Notes: generated from the sequence alone by a model not told the origin. A DNA stretch of 64,000 bases from Nanobdellota archaeon (GCA_038044205.1 JBBTAN010000017.1:30027-94026); one strand, 5' to 3'. Shown: positions 24,934 to 34,757, counted from the stretch's first letter. Translations and numbers: made by a program.

Positions 24934-25239
24934 ATGAGATTAACACCTGTGCAGAAGAAATTTCTTAATAGTATAGAATATGAATTTATTAAAAATAATA
25001 CATTAGATACCAATGTTATGGTTGAGTGTTCTGGTTATGAATGGCGAACAGCAGTTAGTCTATCTAAAAAAGGATTGGTTAAACTTGATAGAGAAATCAC
25101 TGATAAAATTAGATCAAAAGATAAATTTAAAGTTAAAGTTGTAGATAATAATAATAATTTAAAAATGAGTCTTATTTTTTATTCTATTAAGGAATTACTT
25201 TCTGAACTTGAAAATATTATTAAAATAAATGGAAAATAA
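24934..25239 (+). CDS. hypothetical protein, family J
   Basis: first 33 nt identical to 24547; EWRTAVSLSKKGL. Confidence 0.65.
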   Translation: MRLTPVQKKFLNSIEYEFIKNNTLDTNVMVECSGYEWRTAVSLSKKGLVKLDREITDKIRSKDKFKVKVVDNNNNLKMSLIFYSIKELLSELENIIKINGK

Positions 25240-25241
25240 AA

Positions 25242-25424
25242 ATGAATATTATTTATAAAATTAAACAACTCATTGAGAAAAAGAGAGAAAATATAAAAAA
25301 CTGGGATGGGATGATTGGTATTGCAGATGATGCTGAAGCTTCTTATTATGAAGGTAAAGTTACTGAAGTTAAATCTTTTATTGAGGAACTAGAAGAAATT
25401 GTTAATGGAGAAAAAAATGGATAA
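25242..25424 (+). CDS. small helical protein, family K
   Basis: ASYYEGKVTEVKSFIEELEEIV. Confidence 0.55.
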   Translation: MNIIYKIKQLIEKKRENIKNWDGMIGIADDAEASYYEGKVTEVKSFIEELEEIVNGEKNG

Positions 25425-25611
25425 TGAAGATAAAATAAATGAAATAAAAAGATTAATTGTTCAGTTTGAAGGTACTCTTGAGTTGATGTCGCAAGTTCGT
25501 ACAGAATTTGATCTACAGCAAAATCTTATTCAAGGATCTTATTATCAAGGGAAAATAGGTGGTGTGGAGTCAGTTATTTCCGACCTGAAAAATATTATTA
25601 ATAAGGAGTAA
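25417..25611 (+). CDS. small helical protein, family K
   Basis: ATG 25417; GSYYQGKIGGVESVISDLKNII. Confidence 0.55.
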   Translation: MDNEDKINEIKRLIVQFEGTLELMSQVRTEFDLQQNLIQGSYYQGKIGGVESVISDLKNIINKE

Positions 25612-25615
25612 GTAA

Positions 25616-25837
25616 ATGGATATAATTAATGAAAATAAAATTAATGAAATTTGGATGGTTATAGGTAAATATAAACAACTTATTGATTGTTGGAAAGAAA
25701 TTAGCGAAGAAACTGAAGATCATGAAAAGGCATCTTATTATGATGGTAAAATCTCTACTGCTGAATCTTTTATTTCAGACCTAAAAGATATTCTAAAAGA
25801 AAATAAGGATATTGAAGAAATTCTGTGTGATGAATAA
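25616..25837 (+). CDS. small helical protein, family K
   Basis: ASYYDGKISTAESFISDLKDIL. Confidence 0.6.
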   Translation: MDIINENKINEIWMVIGKYKQLIDCWKEISEETEDHEKASYYDGKISTAESFISDLKDILKENKDIEEILCDE

Positions 25838-25852
25838 TAAGGAGTAAGTAAA

Positions 25853-26137
25853 ATGAATGGAACAATTGATTATCTTAAACTTTTTGAGGCATTTAAGACT
25901 CTGTGTAGGGATAGGAAACTGAAGAGTGTTAATGTTAAGGCAAGTGAGGATAAGCTTATTGGAGTATCTGTTACAATTAAGGTTGTTTGTAAGGATATGA
26001 ATAAAGCAAAGAGAGTGGTTGATTACGCTTTTAATGAGTCGCTAATGTCTGATTATTTTTGTATGATTAGTGCAAGCCAAATTTTTGCCGATATTTCTTT
26101 TGTCTGTGTGCCAAAGGAAAAGAATAATGACAGTTGA
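25853..26137 (+). CDS. hypothetical protein
   Basis: 94 aa with SD. Confidence 0.6.
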   Translation: MNGTIDYLKLFEAFKTLCRDRKLKSVNVKASEDKLIGVSVTIKVVCKDMNKAKRVVDYAFNESLMSDYFCMISASQIFADISFVCVPKEKNNDS

Positions 26138-26336
26138 CCAATTAATTCTTTTTATTTATAGATATGAAAATATTTATCCGTATATGAAATATCCTTATAG
26201 TGGATTTGAGGAAAATTTTAAATATCTTGCCGATCAGGGATTGATTGATTATGGAGACAAAAATTGGAAAATTACTGATGAAGGTAAAAAAGAAATAGAG
26301 AATATTTTAAATAGTTTTAAAAAGAATAAGGAGTAA
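26127..26336 (+). CDS. small hypothetical protein, possible winged helix
   Basis: ATG 26127; similar C-terminal half to 22487. Confidence 0.5.
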   Translation: MTVDQLILFIYRYENIYPYMKYPYSGFEENFKYLADQGLIDYGDKNWKITDEGKKEIENILNSFKKNKE

Positions 26337-26339
26337 GTA

Positions 26340-26714
26340 ATGAAAATTTACAACAAGAGGGAAATGGCTGATGTTGTTCTTTCTAGTCTTATTTCTATAG
26401 TTAAGAAATATAGAAATAAGAATCATATTGAAATTGGTTCTTATCAGAATGGTCGAGAACAAGGCCATTCTATTATTCTTTGGAATCAGGATAATTTTAA
26501 TAGTAAATGGATTGCTTTTTCTGAATATAGAAATTCAGATGAATTAGTTGTTTATGAAAGTAGACATGATCCTATGCAGGGATTAACTGATTCAGCCTGG
26601 GAAAATAAGAAATTTTATAATTTTGATAAAAAGGGCAAGGGATATAAGAATGCTATTGTTATCTTTGATATGATTAAAGAATTTTATACTGTAAAAGAAG
26701 TTGTGAATAACTAA
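26340..26714 (+). CDS. hypothetical protein
   Basis: 124 aa with SD. Confidence 0.65.
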   Translation: MKIYNKREMADVVLSSLISIVKKYRNKNHIEIGSYQNGREQGHSIILWNQDNFNSKWIAFSEYRNSDELVVYESRHDPMQGLTDSAWENKKFYNFDKKGKGYKNAIVIFDMIKEFYTVKEVVNN

Positions 26715-26730
26715 AAAAGGAGAAAATAAA

Positions 26731-27021
26731 ATGAATCTTAATTTTCAGTCAAACAAGTGCGTTAGTTGTGGTGAGGTTAATTTACCAAAGCATAATGAGT
26801 GTCACAAATGTGGTTTTGATACTGTTAATGGGAATATTAGAAAAATAGGAAAAATTATTAACGGTTATAGTGATGACGTTAATGGTGTTAGAGGATATGT
26901 TACTTACCTTCTTACTGATTTGCACTATTTTTGCAAGCACGAAAATTTAGACTTGAATGAACTTGTTACTGAAGCTGCTAGTAATTTTAATATGGAAATT
27001 TATAGTCAAAACTGTAAATAA
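26731..27021 (+). CDS. zinc-ribbon protein, family L
   Basis: CVSCGE..CHKCG..IRKIGKIINGY parallels 31348. Confidence 0.65.
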   Translation: MNLNFQSNKCVSCGEVNLPKHNECHKCGFDTVNGNIRKIGKIINGYSDDVNGVRGYVTYLLTDLHYFCKHENLDLNELVTEAASNFNMEIYSQNCK

Positions 27022-27042
27022 AAAAAGAAAAGGAGAAGTAAC

Positions 27043-28014
27043 ATGGCGCACGAACTTAGTATTACAAGGGAAGGTATTGTTGAGTTTGCTTGGTCTGGGA
27101 AGACGCCTTGGCATAATCTGGGCGTTAAGGTTGATGGATTGATGGATCCTATTCAGGCGCTTGAACAGGCTCATTTGAACTGGGATGTCAATCTTGTTCC
27201 TCTTACTATGCCTAATGGAAATGTTGTTCCTGATAAGCGGGCAAGTGTTAGGAGTGATACTGGGGCTTATTTGGGTACTGTCGGAACCCAATATACTCCA
27301 CTTCAGAATAAGGAACAGGCTGAGTTTATTAGAGATTTGATCGGAGGGACTGGAACTAAAGTTGAGTGTTGTGGTGCTTTGTTTGGTGGAAGTAAGACTT
27401 TCTGGACTGTTAGGGTTGGTGAAGATATTTATATCAAGCCGGAAGATTCTATTCAGCGTTATCTTATTGTTGCTAATGGCCATGATGGAAGTCTTTCGTT
27501 TAAAGCTTTCTGGTCTCCTATTCGTGTTGTTTGTAACAATACTCTTTCTATGTCTTTGAATAGGAAAGATAATGGTTTTTCTATTCGTCATAAGACTGGG
27601 GTTAAAGACCATGTTGAAGAGGCTAGGGAGATTTTGGGATTGACCGAACTTTATTACAAGAATTTGACTGAAAGTTTTCAGGCTATGGTAAATAAACAAC
27701 TTGATGCGGCTGGATATAAGGAGTATTTGGAATCTATCTTTCCTATTACTGATGGCAAGAAGATTAGTAAGCAACAGGCTGATATGATTCAGGTAATGAA
27801 TGTTAATTTTGAGTCTGGTCGTGGTGCTAATATTGCTGGAAAGACTGTTTGGGGTGCCATGAATAGTGTAACTGAATATATAGATCATCAAAAGAGATTA
27901 AATAAAACTGATGATGTTGTTGATGCTACTTCCCGTCATTTCGAGTCTGTTCTTTATGGACAGGGACAAACTATTAAGCAGAAGGCTTACGATAAGGCGC
28001 TGGCTCTAGTCTAA
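27043..28014 (+). CDS. DUF932 (phage/plasmid-like protein) family
   Basis: MAHELSITREGIVEFAWSGKTPWHNLG..ALEQAHLNWDV..ANGHDGSLSFKAFWSPIRVVCNNTL matches my memory of DUF932/TIGR03299; AAG, CTT and TTG codon bias. Confidence 0.8.
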   Translation: MAHELSITREGIVEFAWSGKTPWHNLGVKVDGLMDPIQALEQAHLNWDVNLVPLTMPNGNVVPDKRASVRSDTGAYLGTVGTQYTPLQNKEQAEFIRDLIGGTGTKVECCGALFGGSKTFWTVRVGEDIYIKPEDSIQRYLIVANGHDGSLSFKAFWSPIRVVCNNTLSMSLNRKDNGFSIRHKTGVKDHVEEAREILGLTELYYKNLTESFQAMVNKQLDAAGYKEYLESIFPITDGKKISKQQADMIQVMNVNFESGRGANIAGKTVWGAMNSVTEYIDHQKRLNKTDDVVDATSRHFESVLYGQGQTIKQKAYDKALALV

Positions 28015-28056
28015 TATATTTAATTTTCCAATTAATAGAAAAGGAGTAAAAAATGG

Positions 28057-28094
28057 ACAATTGATCCGATTGACTTTTTGAAATGTAGTATTGT
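28057..28094 (+). promoter_or_regulatory. motif-2 element (ACAATTGATCCGA-N19-TATTGT)
   Basis: sits directly on an orphan SD plus ATG (aaaaggagtaaaaaATGGACAATTGA); followed by AGAAGAGAAA. Confidence 0.5.
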
Positions 28095-28161
28095 AGAAGA
28101 GAAAAACAAAAATATAATTACATGGTGTTGTTATATTTTTGTAAAGAAAAAGGAGAAGAAA

Positions 28162-28434
28162 ATGGAAAAGAATGCTGTCAACATGTTGCCTCTTGTTATG
28201 TATCCTGAAAATGATATGTATCCTGATGAAAAGTATTCTCATATTATCATGATTGTTGAAACTCATTCTAAAAATAAGAAAGAACTTACAGATAATGCCA
28301 TGAAATTCCTCAAAGAACATAATTTCTTTGATGTTATGAAAAATGGGGATTTGTGCCAAGTTCTTGTAGCTAGTAATAAAATCCAACCTATGCAGTTGCC
28401 TATTAAACTCAAAGATGAAACAACTACTGTCTAA
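28162..28434 (+). CDS. hypothetical protein
   Basis: ATG 28162 after SD aaaaaggagaagaaa. Confidence 0.6.
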   Translation: MEKNAVNMLPLVMYPENDMYPDEKYSHIIMIVETHSKNKKELTDNAMKFLKEHNFFDVMKNGDLCQVLVASNKIQPMQLPIKLKDETTTV

Positions 28435-28491
28435 TATAAAAAATTATAAAATAAATAGGCAATAATATCGTGTCTCGCTGTATTATTGCCG

Positions 28492-28523
28492 ACAACCTCA
28501 TCATTGTGGTGAGGTTGTTTTAT
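28492..28523 (+). terminator. rho-independent terminator-like hairpin
   Basis: acaacctca / tgaggttgt followed by tttt; preceded by a second hairpin ggcaataata / tattattgcc at 28458-28490. Confidence 0.6.
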
Positions 28524-28648
28524 ATATTATTTTTATTTTTATTTTCCAGTCCACGTTTGCCGTAAATATAATATATTTTATTTTTATTATTTTTATTTTA
28601 TTATAATATATATTATTTATTTATATTTAAACAACAAAGGAGAAATAA

Positions 28649-29107
28649 ATGAAAGTGCGTTTGACGATTGATTTTGATTTAGGCGACAAATATAATGAAA
28701 AAGATTTTAATTTTTTGGAAGATAGATTACCTAAATATTATTTTTGTGATCCACATAGTAATCTTGCAGAAATGGCTATGGTTAATGGAATTCCTAAAAA
28801 AGATGAAACTATTGAGGATGTTGCTTGTTGTGAAAGTTCTCAAAAACATTACTTGGAAATGGTGCAAATAGCAGATACTGCTACCTGCAAATTTGAACAA
28901 ATAAAGGAGAAGAAAATGGACGCACAAGAAGCATTAAATATACTACGTAGAATAATCCATAAAGTTGATTATGATCATTCTGATATTTTATTCTATAACG
29001 CTAAAGAAGCTGTTGAAATTCTTACAAAAGAAATAAATAAACCAAAATATAAACCTGTTGATAATATTATTATTTCTACACCTACAACTAAATGGAAGAT
29101 TCCCTGA
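28649..29107 (+). CDS. hypothetical protein, family U N-terminus
   Basis: 152 aa; stop TGA 29105-29107 overlaps the ATG of motif 1. Confidence 0.65.
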   Translation: MKVRLTIDFDLGDKYNEKDFNFLEDRLPKYYFCDPHSNLAEMAMVNGIPKKDETIEDVACCESSQKHYLEMVQIADTATCKFEQIKEKKMDAQEALNILRRIIHKVDYDHSDILFYNAKEAVEILTKEINKPKYKPVDNIIISTPTTKWKIP

Positions 29108-29141
29108 TGCCCGGATAGGCATTTCCCTGCCTACTGATTAT
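29107..29141 (+). promoter_or_regulatory. motif-1 element (ATGCCCGGA-N20-GATTAT)
   Basis: exact 9-mer in a TGATG stop-start overlap. Confidence 0.55.
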
Positions 29142-29186
29142 AGATTGAAAATATAGAAAAGTAAGATAAAGAAAGGAGTAAGTAAC

Positions 29187-29885
29187 ATGTTGTCAGTTGA
29201 TAGTAAACAAGTAAATAATAAATGTATTATTTCTGCTGATTTTACAACTAATTGTCCAAGAAGGAGAAATGGAACTCCATGTAAATATTGTTATGTTGAA
29301 TCAAGTAGAAATAATAAATGGAATCCAAAACCAATTTCAGATTATTTGCCTTACACTGGTTGGGTAAAAAGAATAAGAAATCATACAAAATTTAAATTGA
29401 AAAAGGCTGGAGGATTGAGACTTTTTTCCTATGGCGATTACATGCCAGAACATGACAAAGATATTATTTTATTTTTGGACGACTGTTCCAAGTACAATGT
29501 AGACGTAAAGGTAATCACAAAACAGAGAGATTTTATCAAAAAATATCATAATCATCCAGCTATAAAAGTTATTCATATTAGTATAGATAATCTAAAAGAA
29601 AATGGATCTCATGTAAGTCATAAGTCTGCAAGGTTTTATAGAAATAAATATAAAAAAGTATTAGTTAGGTCTGTTGCTTGTAATTGGGATGATGTAAATA
29701 AATTTGGTAAAGCTAAATGGTGTGATATTATTACTTTGAATCATAAAATTATTCCAGGTAAAAGATTTCATTTATTTAGTAAAAATGAAAGGAAAGAAGC
29801 AAATAATATTTATCCAGGGAAGATATGCTGTATTACTAATCATTGTAATACGTGCAAAATTAAATGTAGAAAAAATAAGGAGTAA
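29187..29885 (+). CDS. Cys-rich protein, possible Fe-S enzyme
   Basis: 232 aa; CPRRRNGTPCKYC (Cx8Cx2C) near the N-terminus and CCITNHCNTCKIKC at the C-terminus; function not established. Confidence 0.65.
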   Translation: MLSVDSKQVNNKCIISADFTTNCPRRRNGTPCKYCYVESSRNNKWNPKPISDYLPYTGWVKRIRNHTKFKLKKAGGLRLFSYGDYMPEHDKDIILFLDDCSKYNVDVKVITKQRDFIKKYHNHPAIKVIHISIDNLKENGSHVSHKSARFYRNKYKKVLVRSVACNWDDVNKFGKAKWCDIITLNHKIIPGKRFHLFSKNERKEANNIYPGKICCITNHCNTCKIKCRKNKE

Positions 29886-29888
29886 AAT

Positions 29889-30140
29889 ATGGATTTAATT
29901 AATCCTAAAGGAGCGTTGAGTAAGGAAGAAATTGCACAAGCTATTGCTATTGGGCGACAATTATGGCAGGTAACTGTTACAATTAAAACTTCTGTCTTTC
30001 CTGAAATCTGGTCCGGTCCTCATGTTAATAGTGTGTGGTATAATTATGACGATGCTGAAACCCATAGAAAGTGGTTAAGTAAATGTGAAATGTGTTGGAA
30101 GACAAAGACAGAAGAATATAAGGAAAAGTTAAATGGATAA
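29889..30140 (+). CDS. hypothetical protein
   Basis: 83 aa with SD. Confidence 0.6.
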   Translation: MDLINPKGALSKEEIAQAIAIGRQLWQVTVTIKTSVFPEIWSGPHVNSVWYNYDDAETHRKWLSKCEMCWKTKTEEYKEKLNG

Positions 30141-30405
30141 TATTATATTTGAGAAAAAAGATAATAATTCATTTAGTTTTCATAGTTCGGTTAGTTCTGT
30201 TTGTGCTTTTCCTTTTATAAATATAGATTTAGGTCATGTAGGAGATAAGGAACATGTATTTGTTGAGATTAGACCTTATGATAGCGAAATAAGAATGAGC
30301 ATCAATCTTAATAAACTTGATTTTTTTAATTTAGTTGATAGCTTTAGTCAATTAAAAGAAAAAATTGAAAGTGGTGAAATTAAATGGAAGGAGAAATTAA
30401 CATGA
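30133..30405 (+). CDS. hypothetical protein, family M
   Basis: FPFINIDLGHVGD..SGEIKWKEK. Confidence 0.6.
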   Translation: MDNIIFEKKDNNSFSFHSSVSSVCAFPFINIDLGHVGDKEHVFVEIRPYDSEIRMSINLNKLDFFNLVDSFSQLKEKIESGEIKWKEKLT

Positions 30406-30680
30406 ATGCAGTTTTGAATCAGAAGGGAAAATTTGAATATCAGTTTTATAAGGTTTATAGTAATAATGTTATGTTGCCATTTATCAATTTTCATGTTGGA
30501 TATATTGATGAGGGAGAAGAATGTATTTATATGGAAACTACTCCTATTTATGGTGGAAATAATTATTCTTGTTTGACAAAGAATGAATTTGATATTTATG
30601 TTAAAAGTTTGAATGAGTTTAAATCCAAGGTCGATAGTGGTGAAATTAAGTGGCCTGAAAAGGAAGAAATAAATGAATGA
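30402..30680 (+). CDS. hypothetical protein, family M
   Basis: ATG 30402; LPFINFHVGYIDE..SGEIKWPEK. Confidence 0.6.
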   Translation: MNAVLNQKGKFEYQFYKVYSNNVMLPFINFHVGYIDEGEECIYMETTPIYGGNNYSCLTKNEFDIYVKSLNEFKSKVDSGEIKWPEKEEINE

Positions 30681-30888
30681 AATAACTGACGAAGTAATTG
30701 AAAAATATATTAAAAATGATGGTAAAAATTGTCCTTACTGTGGAAATGAAAATTTAATATTTGGAGAATTAGAATTAAATTCTACATACAATGTAGTTTA
30801 CAGGGATGTGACATGTGGAAATTGTCATAGAAAATGGAATAATATTTTTACACTCACTAATATTGATTATAATCCAAAACAAAAATAA
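30673..30888 (+). CDS. zinc-ribbon protein, family N
   Basis: CPYCGN..CGNCHRKWNNIFTLTNI parallels 56326. Confidence 0.6.
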   Translation: MNEITDEVIEKYIKNDGKNCPYCGNENLIFGELELNSTYNVVYRDVTCGNCHRKWNNIFTLTNIDYNPKQK

Positions 30889-30902
30889 AAAAGAAATAAT
30901 AA

Positions 30903-31061
30903 ATGAATGAAGAAAATACAGTACGCATGAAGGAAGTAGAAGTTGTAGAGTTAGAAGAAGGTGAAATTGATGAAGTTTACAGCATGAATCCTTACAAGAC
31001 TAGGCGAATAAAAATTAAATATTGGGTTAGAAAAAAGAAATTAGTCCCTGTTTATTTTTGA
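30903..31061 (+). CDS. hypothetical small protein
   Basis: 52 aa, checked codon by codon. Confidence 0.45.
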   Translation: MNEENTVRMKEVEVVELEEGEIDEVYSMNPYKTRRIKIKYWVRKKKLVPVYF

Positions 31062-31075
31062 AAGGAGTAAGTAAA

Positions 31076-31342
31076 ATGAAAAATGAAAATCCGTTGGTTC
31101 TTTCAGAAAACAATTGCAAGAATTTGTATAAAGCTATACAAACTAATTTGGACATTTTATGTACTATGTGCGGAGACATACTTCTTCCTGATGAAATGAA
31201 GTTATCAGATACAAGTGCAGATAATTTTAATATTATTGCAGATAGAGCAGGGAAAGCATTAAGTATTTTTGAGGGAAAAGATGATACTAATAAAATTATT
31301 TGGAATAAAGCTAATAGAATTAGGAAAAATAAAAAGGAGTAA
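31076..31342 (+). CDS. hypothetical protein
   Basis: ATG 31076 after SD aaaggagtaagtaaa. Confidence 0.6.
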   Translation: MKNENPLVLSENNCKNLYKAIQTNLDILCTMCGDILLPDEMKLSDTSADNFNIIADRAGKALSIFEGKDDTNKIIWNKANRIRKNKKE

Positions 31343-31347
31343 GTAAC

Positions 31348-31635
31348 ATGGAAAAAGAAACTTGTTCTTCTTGTGGCGCTATAAATTCTTCTTCTGATGA
31401 ATGTAAGGGTTGTGAAGCTCCTACTGTTGGTAGCAGTATCAGGAGAGTTGCGAAAATTGTTAAAGGTTATTGTGGCACTTGTGAGGATAAAGAATCAGAT
31501 ATTCTTGATCTTTTGATTGATATTATGCTTTACTGTAAGGATGATAAGCTGGATTTTGATAAGGTTCTGAAGTCTGCTAATAGACATTACGATGTCGAGA
31601 GCAAGTTTCAGGATAGTTGTGTTTACAAGGAGTAA
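31348..31635 (+). CDS. zinc-ribbon protein, family L
   Basis: CSSCGA..CKGCE..IRRVAKIVKGY. Confidence 0.65.
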   Translation: MEKETCSSCGAINSSSDECKGCEAPTVGSSIRRVAKIVKGYCGTCEDKESDILDLLIDIMLYCKDDKLDFDKVLKSANRHYDVESKFQDSCVYKE

Positions 31636-31638
31636 AAA

Positions 31639-31866
31639 ATGAAAATTGATTTTATTTTTAAAGGTAACAAGGTTTTCCCTGAAGATATAGATAATAAATC
31701 TATTCCTTTACATGATATGGTCGAATATGGAGTGAGTAAATATACAGGAGCAGGTGGTGAGCAATATGTTATTGCTTTGACAAAAGAGTTTGCTGAACAT
31801 TATTGGAGCACTGGAGATTCAAAAGAAATATATTTTGATGATACAATGAGATTTTACTGGAGATAG
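31639..31866 (+). CDS. hypothetical protein
   Basis: 75 aa with SD. Confidence 0.6.
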   Translation: MKIDFIFKGNKVFPEDIDNKSIPLHDMVEYGVSKYTGAGGEQYVIALTKEFAEHYWSTGDSKEIYFDDTMRFYWR

Positions 31867-31874
31867 TTTTCCCG

Positions 31875-31909
31875 ATGCCCGGAAAGAGCGTAGACGGTTC
31901 AAGTATTAT
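31875..31909 (+). promoter_or_regulatory. motif-1 element (ATGCCCGGA-N20-TATTAT-N5-GTGGC)
   Basis: about 70 percent identical over about 50 nt to the 55205 copy. Confidence 0.6.
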
Positions 31910-31960
31910 ATTTCGTGGCCAAAACAGTTAGAAAGTATAATTTAGCAAGGAGAAAGAAAA

Positions 31961-32758
31961 ATGAAAATGAGTGAATGTAACAAGGTTTTTTATTACAAGA
32001 ATTTCAAGACATATCTTCCTGAAGGTGACTATATTATTATTGTTGCTGGAAGACTCTATAAGGGAAAAGATTTTACCCATGCCAATATCGCTGCAAAGCG
32101 TTATGTTGTTCATGAATTTAAACATTACATGAGAAACTATAAAAAATGGACTGCCAAGCCTGGTGTTAATTATTATTTCGCTATTAGGAAATCTGATATT
32201 GAGATGCTGGAAGGTGATGCTTATTCTTATGTTCCTGTTCTTATTGGCGGAGTGAAAGTTATCCTCAATGTTGGCGGTGGATCTGGATTTGAAAAGGACA
32301 TTTGGGAGAACTGGGTTCGAGATGTAGCTGAAATTAGTGTAAATCATCCTATTAAAGATATAAATAAAATTGCCGATATTGCTATTTCACCTTCCAAGTT
32401 TAAGGAACTTGGTATTCCTGATATTACTTTCAAAACTGATAAAGAATCTCTTGAGTATAGGGAAAGAGAAATAAATCATTTTAATGAATTGGTTGCCAAG
32501 GAACTTATTTCTTCTAAATTGGTTGGAATGAAGGTTTATACTCATAATTGGGCTACTTGGCTCAGACCTGAAGGCTCTACTAATATTGAATACTTTGACA
32601 GGGTTGAACGTCCAAAGAATAAAAGAATATTGAAAGGTTATTTGAATGATTATCCTCATGTTTATCATATTCTAAAATATGATTATATTGATTGGATAAA
32701 GACTTGTGAGATGAATGGAGTTAAATTTAATAAATTGGCTATGGAGGTTACTGTATAA
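31961..32758 (+). CDS. hypothetical protein
   Basis: 265 aa with SD. Confidence 0.7.
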   Translation: MKMSECNKVFYYKNFKTYLPEGDYIIIVAGRLYKGKDFTHANIAAKRYVVHEFKHYMRNYKKWTAKPGVNYYFAIRKSDIEMLEGDAYSYVPVLIGGVKVILNVGGGSGFEKDIWENWVRDVAEISVNHPIKDINKIADIAISPSKFKELGIPDITFKTDKESLEYREREINHFNELVAKELISSKLVGMKVYTHNWATWLRPEGSTNIEYFDRVERPKNKRILKGYLNDYPHVYHILKYDYIDWIKTCEMNGVKFNKLAMEVTV

Positions 32759-32770
32759 GGAGAAATAAAA

Positions 32771-33190
32771 ATGGAAATGGATACAGAGCTAAATTATCAA
32801 TATGTTTCTATAGTAATAGAAAAGAAAAATATAAATAATTGTTGGAAAGCTATAGATAGCCTTGACATTTTTGATGAAGTATATAAAGATATTCGTGATG
32901 CTATTGGACAGTTTAGATATGAAGCTATTTTTGAATATGATGATAACAACAATAGGACTGACAATATTTCTATTATAGCTAAACATAATGATTTCAGCGA
33001 AAAAGATGAAAAGTTATTGTCTGCTATTGCTCCATTTGTAAAACCTGATTCTTATGTTATTTTTATGACAGAAGATCAAGTTGCTTGGAAATATACATTT
33101 GAGAAAGGTAAATTAGTTAAATATGTTAGATCTAATGAATGGAATGAAGTTCCAAAAATATGCGAAGTATTGAAATATTTTAGTTTTTAA
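32771..33190 (+). CDS. hypothetical protein, family O
   Basis: 139 aa; ..AWKYTFEKGKLVKYVRSNEW. Confidence 0.65.
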   Translation: MEMDTELNYQYVSIVIEKKNINNCWKAIDSLDIFDEVYKDIRDAIGQFRYEAIFEYDDNNNRTDNISIIAKHNDFSEKDEKLLSAIAPFVKPDSYVIFMTEDQVAWKYTFEKGKLVKYVRSNEWNEVPKICEVLKYFSF

Positions 33191-33204
33191 AAAAGGAGAA
33201 AGAA

Positions 33205-33588
33205 ATGAGTATTCATGTTAATACTTTTATGAGAGTTGTTATTGAAAATAAAAATATAGAAAAATGTTTGAAGGTTATGTCAAAAATTAAAAATGAATGT
33301 TCCGGTATTGATCCTGCAAAAAACAAATATAATGATATAGAGGAAGCATTCAATACATGGGGATATGATTGTTTTATTGAAGAGAATGGAAATGCTGCTA
33401 TAGGGGAGAGGCTTTCTGAAAAGTGGTGGAATGATGATATTCTATGGAAGAAGATTGCTAAATATGTAACACCTGATTCTTTTATTGAGTTTTCTGGAGA
33501 GGAAGGTGAAGAATGGAAGTATATTTTTGGAAATGGTAAAATGATTGAATATGAACGTTCCAAGGAATGGATTAAAAAGGAGAATTAA
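33205..33588 (+). CDS. hypothetical protein, family O
   Basis: IEEAFNTWGYDCFIEENGN..EWKYIFGNGKMIEYERSKEW. Confidence 0.65.
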   Translation: MSIHVNTFMRVVIENKNIEKCLKVMSKIKNECSGIDPAKNKYNDIEEAFNTWGYDCFIEENGNAAIGERLSEKWWNDDILWKKIAKYVTPDSFIEFSGEEGEEWKYIFGNGKMIEYERSKEWIKKEN

Positions 33589-33591
33589 AAA

Positions 33592-33998
33592 ATGAATATT
33601 AGAATTAAAGAAGGGAAAATGGTTATTCACAAAATATTTGAAGATAGATGTCTCGATATCCTTAGTAGAAACTATGGCCTTATTCTTGTATTGAGGAAGC
33701 TTTCGCATCTTTAGGATATATAATTTTTAGAGATAATGATACGGGGCATATTGTTGTAAACAATAGAATTGTTGGTCCTTGGCGTTCAGATGAGAATATG
33801 TGGCGTATTATTGAGTCATATATCATAAAAGGTAGCTATCTTATTTTTATTGGAGATAATGGGAAAGTATTTCAAATCGCTTATGAGAATGAGAAAATAG
33901 TTGAATATGCACAATATTCTGATTGGGAGAAAATTACAAAAAACTGGCAAAAGAAAATATGGTTTGATTGGAGAGAAAAGTCAACAACTCCTGCCTAG
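33592..33998 (+). pseudogene. family O paralog split by a frameshift
   Basis: the N-terminal 40 codons from ATG 33592 stop at TAG 33712; the homologous remainder IEEAFASLGYIIFRDNDTG..KIVEYAQYSDWE is in the -1 frame, open from 33669. Confidence 0.6.
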
Positions 33999-34048
33999 AG
34001 GTAGATATTTTTTATAGAAAATAATTATTAAAAAAGGAAAATTAAAAA

Positions 34049-34735
34049 ATGCCAACTATAATGAAAAGAAAAGGAAATAAGGTTAGGACTGATGATTATG
34101 TTATCACTGTTCCTAATGATCATTCAGGTATTTCTATTGTATGCGACAATAGAGTTGATGATGGTGATGATTTTAGAACTGATGGTTATGTGTATAATAA
34201 AAATAAAAGAATAAGGAAATGGTTGTCTAATTTGCAACAGTTTAAAATTTGGCATCCAGTATATGAAAATATTGAAACACTGGAACAACGTAGGTATAAA
34301 GTTGCTTGTAGATGTAATATAAAAATGAATACTTCTTGGGCAAATATAAATAAAAAGTTTAAAGGGGATGTAAGTGGTATTTACAATAATAATACTTTTG
34401 TAATTGTTAAACATGATGATTACCTTTCATCTTATTCTTTTGAAAACTATATTTATACTCATAAAAGAATGGCAAAGAAAAATCAAAAGTTAGTTGATGA
34501 GTATTTTGCTGCGGAGATTAATTTTGATAAATGGTCAAGATGGAAGGCAGTATTTAATGTTTCTTTTATTCATGCTATCAATAAAAAATATGAAAATGAA
34601 ATAAGGAAAATGAATAAAGAAGGTAGATTTGTTTGCAAAATGGATATAAATGGTAGAACTTATTGGTTTAATCAAAGAGATAATTATCTTTCTGAATTGG
34701 CTTATCCAGAAAATATTATTAATTTTTCTTTGTAA
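34049..34735 (+). CDS. hypothetical protein
   Basis: 228 aa with SD. Confidence 0.7.
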   Translation: MPTIMKRKGNKVRTDDYVITVPNDHSGISIVCDNRVDDGDDFRTDGYVYNKNKRIRKWLSNLQQFKIWHPVYENIETLEQRRYKVACRCNIKMNTSWANINKKFKGDVSGIYNNNTFVIVKHDDYLSSYSFENYIYTHKRMAKKNQKLVDEYFAAEINFDKWSRWKAVFNVSFIHAINKKYENEIRKMNKEGRFVCKMDINGRTYWFNQRDNYLSELAYPENIINFSL

Positions 34736-34757
34736 CTAAAAGAAAGGAGTAAGTACA

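Noticed and set aside
26947-27891. 314-aa ORF on the minus strand
   Set aside because: It is exactly codon-aligned antisense to the well-supported DUF932 gene. It has no SD, and its product is low-complexity (S, I, N, L, F-rich). It stays open only because the sense gene avoids TTA, CTA and TCA codons.
29187-29885. Radical SAM enzyme call
   Set aside because: The Cys cluster is Cx8Cx2C rather than CxxxCxxC, and I cannot see a GGE-type SAM motif. It is kept as a Cys-rich hypothetical protein.
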